From: Octopus sinensis
Taxonomy: Eukaryota
Direction of reading: 5' to 3'
Assembly: GCF_006345805.1 (NCBI RefSeq)
Contig: NC_043019.1
Coordinates: 3,224,001 to 3,288,000 of the forward strand
Length of the DNA stretch: 64,000 nucleotides
The notes beneath the pieces are model-generated. The model saw nothing but the letters and a program-made list of their open reading frames with translations, made no database searches and was not told the DNA's origin. A program made the position numbers and the translations under genes. Shown here piece by piece: positions 55,113 through 64,000 of the stretch (positions within the stretch are counted from its first letter, which is position 1; each line of letters starts with the position of its first letter).

Positions 55113-55755
55113 CATATTGTATGTGTGCATATGTATATATGTATGATTATGCACAAAGCATATATATGTATGTATGGTGTGTATGTGTGTGTGTGATTGT
55201 GTATGTGTATATGTGTGTGTACATACACTCATATTCATATATATGCACATATATAAATATGTGCATAATGTGTATAATGTATATATACATACATATATAT
55301 AGTCATACGATATAGTGCATATTTAAACACATATGGATTCCGCTTATAGGGAATTCAGCACGCTAGAAAGAACAGCTAGGTTCTATAACCATAAAAATTA
55401 GGGATAAAATTCGACAGGAATAAATTTGGAAATGAAAAACATTTACCATCTAGATGTAGATGCATAGATGGATAGATATATAGGTATACAAAAATACATA
55501 TATACACCCACAAACAAACGTATTTGCATGTGTGTGTATGTGTGATTAGGTAGGTAAGTGGAGATAACTATTATCTAGAACGAATCCGACCAGGTGGCCA
55601 CCTTTATCCGACCTTGCAAGTGCCCTACTGACACAACCTCTGACATTCTCACTATCATTAACATTAACTATACTCTCTGACAGATCATATATACCTGGAA
55701 ACGCGTGAAAGAGAATTCCAAACAGTATTTGCCAATAAATACGGGCCTATGTAAG

Positions 55756-55785
<30 letters not shown>

Positions 55786-55786
<1 letters not shown>

Positions 55787-56156
55787 CTCTCTATATAAAC
55801 GGCAGTTTGTCTGTGCGTTTTCTGTGTGTCTGTTTTCTCGTACCCTCACTCTGACCACGGCTTTCAACCGATTCTGATGAAACTTGACACACACATAGCC
55901 CAATGTCATAATTCAAAACTAACGCAGCGAAAATTTTGAAAAGTTCCCCCAGTTCTGAAAAAGATCGATAAATTCGACATGGGGTCGAGAATCTGAAACC
56001 CAAACCACAGACCGTCTAGGGGACGCAACTCCACCTTTTTTATCCCTCAAAAAAAATTTACCATCATTTTTTTGCTATTTTTTGGCTATAACTCTCTAAA
56101 AATGCTTTATAGTTATTTCCCTTACAAACCTGAGCAACGCCGGGCGATACTGCTAG
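55786..56156 (+). mobile_element. Non-autonomous Helitron-like element
   Basis: A|TC start, hairpin cctgagcaacgccggg, CTAG|T end; 3' end shared with 8551-8873. Confidence 0.75.
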
Positions 56157-56258
56157 TATATATATATAATTTCAACAATTGAGGGTAAAATTAATTAATT
56201 AATCAATTTCACCAAGTATTCAGTATGCAAAGGGACCAATTAAGGCGAATTCAAATTA

Positions 56259-56465
56259 TACATTATATAAAAGGGCTTAGTAAAATAAATTACTTTGCCG
56301 CATACTGAACTCATTAGAAATAGCAGCTAAAAAAAAACTTTTTTAAAACTATTTCTAATACTTTAAGTATTAGAAATAGTTTTAAAAAAGTTTTTTAGCT
56401 GCTATTTCTAATGAGTTCAGTATGCGGCAAAGTAATTTATTTTACTAGCCCTTTTATATAATGTA
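56259..56465. repeat. Near-perfect palindrome (~100-bp arms, 3-nt centre)
   Basis: Arms 56259-56362 and 56366-56465 differ only by small indels. Confidence 0.93.
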
Positions 56466-56988
56466 ATATATATATATATATGTATATACGTGTGTTTGTG
56501 GTTGCGAACACAAACATGCCTACATACATACATAATACTAGCATGCATGCATGCATGCATGTATGTATGTATGTATGTATGTATGTATGTATGTATGTAT
56601 GTATGTATGTATGTATGTATGCATGTATGTATGTATGCATGCATGTATGGAAGGATGGATGTATGCACATACATACGCCAATATTCCATTTCCAAAGATT
56701 TTGTTTAGTTTTAAATTTTGCATAATCATATTATTCGAAAGGTAGTGAAAATTTGATCGGAAATTAAAAAGAAGACGTAAATAAAATATTTCAAAATAAA
56801 GGAAAATTTTGTCAAAAAACAACCAAAAATTATGTATGTATGAATGATTTTTTAAAATATTATTAAATAAATATCACAAATAAAAGAGGCTGGTTTCTGT
56901 TACAAAAGTGTATTAAATATATTCATTATTGATAGTGTTCAGTTTGGTTTTCAATTATGTATGTGCATACATACATATACCTACATAC

Positions 56989-57028
<40 letters not shown>

Positions 57029-57549
57029 TCTCCTTAATAAAAGACTGGTCTCCATAATGATATCCAGTCCCTGTATAGAATTAACAATATTTGGTAATTA
57101 TCAGAATTTAGAGATCTGTTTGCTAATGAAGGTGTAAATTAAATTATATTAGCGCTGATGTTTCTCTAAAATTTGAATAAATAATTATTTGTGCTGAATA
57201 TTTCCCTCCAGATTTGATTATATATTACGCGCGCGCGCGCGCGTGCGTGTGTGTGTGTGTGTGTGTGTGTACGTGAGTGAGTGCGTGCGTACGGGTCTGC
57301 CCGCATGTATATGTGCTTAAGCCACAGACTAAAACACCACCGGGTTTTTAATGAAACGAGAAATAAAATGCTATATACGTGTGTGAGCGTATATATGTGC
57401 GCGTACACACGCGCACGCATTTTTATTTTTAATCAGCAGGAACTTACAAAAGTGACCCTGTTTGGTGAGTGCCATGCGTCAAACTCTATGCACTAGAGTC
57501 GCTTTTAGTTAGTGTTTCCCGATTTTAGACACACACACCACACGTGGGA

Positions 57550-57601
<52 letters not shown>

Positions 57602-57656
57602 GGTGAATTGAAGAAATGGAGCTGAACGCAGATTGAACAGAAATCGTTTTATTTCA

Positions 57657-57735
57657 TTCTACACGTGTTTCGAAAGGCACAATTTACCAAAATCCGATTG
57701 AATAATGGACCATATTGTGTCTTTCTCTTCAGGAA
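57657..57735 (-). ncRNA. Type-I hammerhead ribozyme motif (mirror copy)
   Basis: UUC-CUGAAGA-helix II (GAAAGACACAAU/AUUGUGCCUUUC)-GAAA-CACGUG-UA-GAA. Confidence 0.7.
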
Positions 57736-57881
57736 GAAAATAGGAAATCCGTTGGAAAAAAACAAAACAGAACAGAGGCGGAGCAAAAACAGTTTCGCCA
57801 TGGGCTCTTAGGAGCCTAATTCGATTTGTTTTTGCTCCGCCTCTGTTCTGTTTTTGTTTTTTCCAACGGATTTCCTATTTT

Positions 57882-57960
57882 TTCCTGAAGAGAAAGACAC
57901 AATATGGTCCCATTATTCAATCGGATTTTGGTAAATTGTGCCTTCGAAACACGTGTAGAA
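57882..57960 (+). ncRNA. Type-I hammerhead ribozyme motif
   Basis: Canonical CUGAAGA at 57885-57891, GAAA at 57946-57949, palindromic ACACGUGU helix III, GUA cleavage triplet ending at 57957, helix I UUC/GAA. Confidence 0.7.
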
Positions 57961-58177
57961 TGAAATAAAACGATTTCTGTTCAATCTGCGTTCAGCTCCA
58001 TTTCTTCAATTCACCAATAATATTTTAATTTCAATTATCCGCACCAACGCACGGTTGCAACACCATATGGTTGTACCTCCAACCGTGCTGTTTACTGCTG
58101 TGATTTTTGCTACTAAGTTATCGGTTAAATTTTAAATTTGATAATCTACTACAAGATTATTCATCTTTCTATTTACA

Positions 58178-58217
<40 letters not shown>

Positions 58218-58354
58218 ATATATTATATATATATATATACATGTGTATATATATATATGTGATATATATATATATATGCATATACATATATATATACACA
58301 CATACACACACACATATATATATATATTATATATATAATTATATATACACATAT

Positions 58355-58440
<86 letters not shown>

Positions 58441-58735
58441 TCAGTAATAATAAAAGGTGAAACTAATTAATTAGGGATAATTATCAATTACACCAAGTAG
58501 ATTTCAGCATGTAAAAGCCCCATTCGAGGAAAATTTAAGTAATACTAAGTAATTAAGTGTTTAGCAACGAATTGCCTCACAAAACACACCGAATTTAGAA
58601 ATAGCAGTCAAGAGATATAGCTATTCCTTCTACTAAAAGGGGGATCTCAGTAAAAACACAGCACTTGAAAGGCAAGCACAGACAGGTAAGAAAGAAAGAA
58701 TGAAATGACGGCAATCCATCATGCAATTTTACGTT

Positions 58736-58827
58736 ACCACGGACGTACGTTTCGAGATCAAGTTTTAGGATAGCGTAAGAATTAGAAAATTCTACTTTAC
58801 CCGTACTTCTTCTCTCATCGGCGCAGG
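58736..58827 (-). ncRNA. Hammerhead motif in the inverted segment
   Basis: Same motif as 59357-59448, with a 1-nt deletion in the 3' helix I strand. Confidence 0.6.
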
Positions 58828-59356
58828 ATACTACAATTATGAATAATTGTATATTAAATTTTGAGATACTAGAATGCATCATCCCGGATTGCCGTCATTT
58901 CATTCTTTCTTTCTTACCTGTCTGTGTTTGCCTTTCAAGTGCTGTGTTTTTACTGAGATCCCCCTTTTAGTAGAAGGAATAGCTATATCTCTTTGACTGC
59001 TATTTCTAAATTCGGTGTGTTGGTGAGGCAATTCGTTGCTAAACACTTAATTACTTAGTATTACTTAAATTTTCCTCGAATGGGGCTTTTACATGCTGAA
59101 ATCTACTTGGTGTAATTGATAATTATCCCTAATTAGTTAGTTTCACCTTTTATTATTACTGATAACCATATTTTATCCCAGTAAATGACCACAGCATTTT
59201 ATCTTGGCTACCGCGGGTGGAAGGGGGCTGGTGACACAAACTTTCATTCAAACTTTGAATTTCGTGGTACTGGTCATGCTTTAGCTCGCTCTGAGTTGGG
59301 ATGATGCATTCTTAGTATCTCAAAATTTAATATACAATTATTCATAATTGTAGTAT

Positions 59357-59448
59357 CCTGCGCCGATGAGAGAAGAAGTACGGGTAAAGTAGAATTTTCT
59401 AATTCTTACGCTATCCTAAAACTTGATCTCGAAACGTACGTCCGTAGG
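59357..59448 (+). ncRNA. Type-I hammerhead motif with U4C core, copy 1
   Basis: CCUGCG-CCGAUGA-GAGA...UCUC-GAAA-CGUACG-UC-CGUAGG; predicted cleavage after 59442. Confidence 0.72.
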
Positions 59449-59934
59449 TAACTTAAAATTGCATGATGGATTGCCGTCATTTCATTCTTTCTTTCTTACC
59501 TGTCTGTGTTTGCCTTTCAAGTGCTGTGTTTTTACTGAGATCCCCCTTTTAGTAGAAGGAATAGCTATATCTCTTTGACTGCTATTTCTAAATTCGGTGT
59601 GTTGGTGAGGCAATTCGTTGCTAAACACTAATTACTTAGTATTACTTAAATTTTCCTCGAATGGGGCTTTTACATGGCTGAAATCTACTTGGTGTAATTG
59701 ATAATTATCCCTAATAATTAGTTTCACCTTTTATTATTACTGATAACCATATTTTATCCCAGTAAATGACCACAGCATTTTATCTTGGCTACACGCGGGT
59801 GGAAGGGGGCTGGTGACACAAACTTTCATTCAAACTTTGAATTTCGTGGTACTGGTCATGCTTTAGCTCGCTCTAGTTGGGATGATGCATTCTAGTATCT
59901 CAAAATTATATACAATTATTCATAATTGTAGTAT

Positions 59935-60026
59935 CCTGCGCCGATGAGAGAAGAAGTACGGGTAAAGTAGAATTTTCTAATTCTTACGCTATCCTAAAAC
60001 TTGATCTCGAAACGTACGTCCGTAGG
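59935..60026 (+). ncRNA. Type-I hammerhead motif with U4C core, copy 2
   Basis: Identical motif; predicted cleavage after 60020. Confidence 0.72.
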
Positions 60027-60446
60027 TAACGTAAAATTGCATGATGGATTGCCGTCATTTCATTCTTTCTTTCTTACCTGTCTGTGTTTTTGCCTTCAAG
60101 TGCTGTGTTTTTACTGAGATCCCCCTTTTAGTCAAAGGAATAGCTATATCTCTTTGACTGCTATTTCTAAATTCGGTGTGTTGGTGAGGCAATTCGTTGC
60201 TAACACTTAATTACTTAGTATATATATTATATATATATTATATATATATATATATAATATATATATATAGTATATGTACATATCTTAGAACACGTGTGTT
60301 TGAAAGATATCGCAAGCACTCACACGCATTAGAAGAAATTTCTTCCTATAAGGGTTGTGACGTTCTGATAAAGAATTGCATCGACCCCAGTGTTTCACTG
60401 GTACTTATTTTATTGACCCCAAAAGACGCACAGATACAAACATATA

Positions 60447-60982
60447 CGTGGTCTGATCATTAAGTATCCAGACTTCTGCTATATTAATGAAGGTAAAGCA
60501 CAGAAATTATAGCCGCTCGGTACAGGTTGACCTTGAAATCTGCTGTGTATGTGCACTAAGTTTTAACGTTCTAGCTTATTTCTGATGTTTACAGCAATGC
60601 TTGGAAGGAACGTGTGTAGCGTGTGACCGTCGCATTATACATGAGAGAAAGCTGAACAGAGATTCTGCATCAAAATTTACCAAAAGCTTGGCGATACCTG
60701 CTCAGAGGCCTACGCAAGTTTTTCAAAAAGTTTTCATCTTTCTCGACACAATCAAGAAGATCTTGTGCAACTGAAAGACGAGTGTCTTTCTGGTGAGCTG
60801 AAAGCAGTTTTGACACAAACTTGGCAGATACACGTCTCATACCCAAATCTTCAGTGATAATGGACTGAACTGAACCGTAACTAATCTACACATCCTCTGA
60901 TAACTCATGGATGGTGATTCGACAATTTTCCCTCACAGCTGCATGCACATCTGCGATGTTTTTCTCAGTTCTACGGGTCTCT
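60447..60982. mobile_element. Rearranged mariner remnant
   Basis: TA plus TIR cgtggtctgatcattaagtatccagac and N-terminal EQRFCIK-like peptide on plus (60641-60718); downstream transposase part ([50 protein letters not shown]) on minus. Confidence 0.82.
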
Positions 60983-61199
60983 GTGTGTATGTATATATAT
61001 ATATTATATATATATATATATATAGAATATATATATATATATATATATATTTTAAACATATATATATATATGCATATATATATATAATATATATGCATAT
61101 ATATATATATATATATATATATCTATATATTTATAAACATATATATATATGCATATATATATTATATATATATATTTATAAACATATATATATATATGC

Positions 61200-61243
<44 letters not shown>

Positions 61244-61441
61244 AACCTATATATTATGCATATATATATATATCTATATATGCATATATATACACGCACA
61301 CATATATATACACATACACACATATATATATATACATACATATATATAAATAAATATATATGTTTAAAGAGAGAGTGACAAGAGATAGAAAGAGATAAAG
61401 ATTGAAAGAAATAGATAGATAGATCGATAGATCGATAGATC

Positions 61442-61502
<61 letters not shown>

Positions 61503-61581
61503 TAATGCATATGTACATTTGAAAAAGTATATATAGTACACAAGTATACATATATATATATGCATATATATAAATAAATAT

Positions 61582-61621
<40 letters not shown>

Positions 61622-62264
61622 TTATTTAAATATATGCATATTATAGTATGAGCGAAGACCTTTCGACGTTAAGGGTCAAGGCAAGGTGGCACTGCTAAGG
61701 TACTAAGATATATGTATCTGTGTATGTTTATATGTGTATGTCTTTATGTATGTATGTCTGTGTTGAAATCAATAATAGAATTTCTCAAGGAATTGACTCC
61801 AATGCACATCACTTTCGTAAACCAGTCCCCTAATTTCCTTATGACAATAGATAATTAGATAATGTGTGAAAATGGTTCATATATGGTTCTCATTATAAAG
61901 GCTAATGATATATGTTCACGTGTCCAGATAACATAAATCTATTATATTCTATGGTCTATTTCTGGGTCTGTATATTTTATGATTGGTTTATGTGTATTTG
62001 ACTACGTGTGTGTGTGTGTGTGTGTGTGTGTCTGTGTGTGTGTGTGTGTGCGTGTGTGTGTGTAGGTTGTGTGTAGTGTAGAATGCAAGCAAGAATGATG
62101 AAATGAAGTTACATTTCAATCTGCTTCCGAACTTGAGAGAACGAGCCAACCAGCCAGCCAGTCAGCCATACATACTCTTACACATAAATATATACATACT
62201 TACATGTATATACACACACATACAAACACACACACACACACACGCACACACACATATACATATA

Positions 62265-62725
62265 CATGGGTTGGACAACATAATGGAAACACCTAGCATC
62301 ATAGCTTCATAATTTCGAAATATCTATAGAACCGTCAAAATTTATCTATTTTTATGATTTTTGATTTATTATTAGTGTTGCTTAATATGTTTTGCTAAAA
62401 TTGCTGTTTCTTTTCAGATATCATCAGAAAAAGGTAATAAAAATTCATTAAAATGACTGATCTATCGGACTTTCAAAGAGGTCAAATTGTTGATGCTCGT
62501 ATGGCGCGCGCTAGCCTAAGGAAAACAGCCGAAATGTTTGGTGTATCAAGAAGTACTGTCTCGAAAGTAATGACAGCCTTTGGGAAAGAGGGAAAGACCT
62601 CCTCGCCGAAACAAAACTCCGGAAGAAAACCAAAACTTTCAGATAGAGACCGTCGGATTCTTACGCGAATTGTTAGAAAGGATCACAAAAGTACAGCTCC
62701 CAAAATTTACTGTAGAACTTAATGA
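62265..62725 (+). mobile_element. Tc1-family 5' portion (same family as 43580-44143)
   Basis: TIR catgggttggacaacataatggaaacacct; ORF MTDLSDFQRGQ...GRKPKLSDRDRRILTRIV. Confidence 0.88.
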
Positions 62726-63020
62726 CCAAAGTACAAATATATGGGGAAACTACCACCTGTATCATCTCTTGTGAAAGGTAGAAGAGTCCAGTTTGCTGGA
62801 CATTGTTGTAGAGCTGAAAACGAGGTAATTTCTACTATTCTCCTCTGGAAGCCATCTACTCGCGATACCAGAGGGTGCACACTCTCCTACCTTGATGTAA
62901 TCTCCTGGGATACAGGTATCCAGCAACAGGACCTCCGTAATGCTATGATGGACCGTGAAGTCTAGCGTAGCATAGTAAATTCCATTGTCTCGACCACGGT
63001 CGAACAATGATGATGATGAT
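62726..63020 (+). mobile_element. RTE-like LINE 3' fragment interrupting the Tc1 copy
   Basis: RRVQFAGHCCRAENEVISTILLWKP...MMDREV; (GAT)n tail. Confidence 0.8.
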
Positions 63021-63059
63021 CACCAGGGGATGCGGCCTTAACCCTTCTGCTGTGGAGGA

Positions 63060-63990
63060 CCTTTACAGTGTAAATAGAAACAGAAATTGACAAATTCATC
63101 AAAGTAGTTCAAATCACACGGGGGTCAGATTTTTCTGGTAAACACAGTATAAAGATATACTACATGGTAAATCTAATGACTGACTGATTGAACCTAAACA
63201 TGTCTATTTGCTCAGTTTTCAAAAACCAGATATATTGCCTAAAAGCATTCTCTGACTTTTTCAACCCCGCCTATGGAGGTCATCTCTCGAGGTCATTTCC
63301 ACGCAGTACAGAAGTGCCAGTGTGATAGAACATATCATCAAGAGAACCGGATATGATTTTACTGCAGTTGAATTGGTAAAACTTCGAAAATGTTTCCGAA
63401 GGTGGAATTTCTGTTATCGATTCTGGTTAGTGACAGTTATCAGATTTGGAGCAAAGTGTAACTGACTTTGATGTTGTTCGTATTAAAGAGTTTGCGATAA
63501 GGATGATTGGTTGGGAAATGTTCACATTCAATATACATCAAGCTTGCGGCTATATTGGATACATGTTTAAAATGGAAATGATATTGGATCAGAAGATTTT
63601 TCTGTTTCTTTTGTTGATTTATGTTTGTTTTTTTTTTTTGTTCTAATCTGTTCTCTTTTAACACATCACTGAAATGATCTGCAACACTACTGAATAATTC
63701 TTTGCCTGAGTATACTTTTGAGATTGCTCTACTAATCTGACTAAATCTTTTATAACAGCTTGGGAATGGAGTGGATTTATAATGAATATTAATATAATGT
63801 AATTTTTGGTTAGAATTGCTGTAGGAGTGCTATTTGCCGATATTTAAGTCTAACGTTATGTTTGGAAACTTTACAGCAGTTATTTGATGACAATCTTTAA
63901 ATTAAATGCTTTGAGCGTTTCTGTCAAGTCTTTCCAAAGTTTGACTAGAAGATAGAACTTCAAACGGAGAGAGAGAGGGAGCTTATGAAA
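63060..63990 (-). pseudogene. Decayed Penelope-like element ORF (RT thumb/linker to GIY-YIG region)
   Basis: Minus-strand peptides NITLDLNIG..KLHYINIH, HFPTNHPYRKLFNTNNIKVSY and QYIWFLK match PLE linker/endonuclease motifs; many stops. Confidence 0.62.
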
Positions 63991-64000
63991 ACTGTATTGA

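Larger units (their letters stand above)
57599..58018. repeat. Fold-back element: ~192-bp inverted arms, 35-nt loop
   Basis: 57599-57791 is the reverse complement of 57827-58018 apart from a few single-base indels. Confidence 0.95.
58439..60220 (+). mobile_element. Tandem ~580-bp hammerhead-containing repeat (2.3 units) with an inverted 5' segment; retrozyme/PLE-LTR-like
   Basis: Units begin at 58886, 59468 and 60046; 58439-58885 is the reverse complement of 59298-59745; embedded in (TA)n. Confidence 0.85.

Noticed and set aside
5088-62312. Many YI/YV/CM/SIYL-rich ORFs of 60-200 aa
   Set aside because: They are translations of (TA)n, (TATG)n, (TCTA)n and (CA)n microsatellites.

Overview
AT-rich, microsatellite-saturated, mostly non-coding animal DNA. 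The repeat landscape looks cephalopod/octopus-like, which is an inference. There is one 100-N gap (33972-34071). Nearly all long ORFs in the track are simple-repeat artefacts. Real content: several tRNA-headed SINE families; 5'-truncated LINEs (R4/Dong-like in (AAT)n, CR1-group, RTE); Tc1, mariner and hAT derivatives; Helitron-like elements; a decayed Penelope-like (PLE) ORF; minisatellites; and two phase-compatible candidate exons of a minus-strand host gene (19126-18908, 17098-16899). The most notable region is 56-60 kb, a cluster of fold-back and tandem non-coding elements carrying type-I hammerhead ribozyme motifs with palindromic helix III. It includes a ~578-nt tandem array with one non-canonical (CCGAUGA) hammerhead per unit, a retrozyme/PLE-terminal-repeat-like candidate source of self-cleaved, possibly circular RNA. 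All coordinates and alignments were made by eye; no searches were run.
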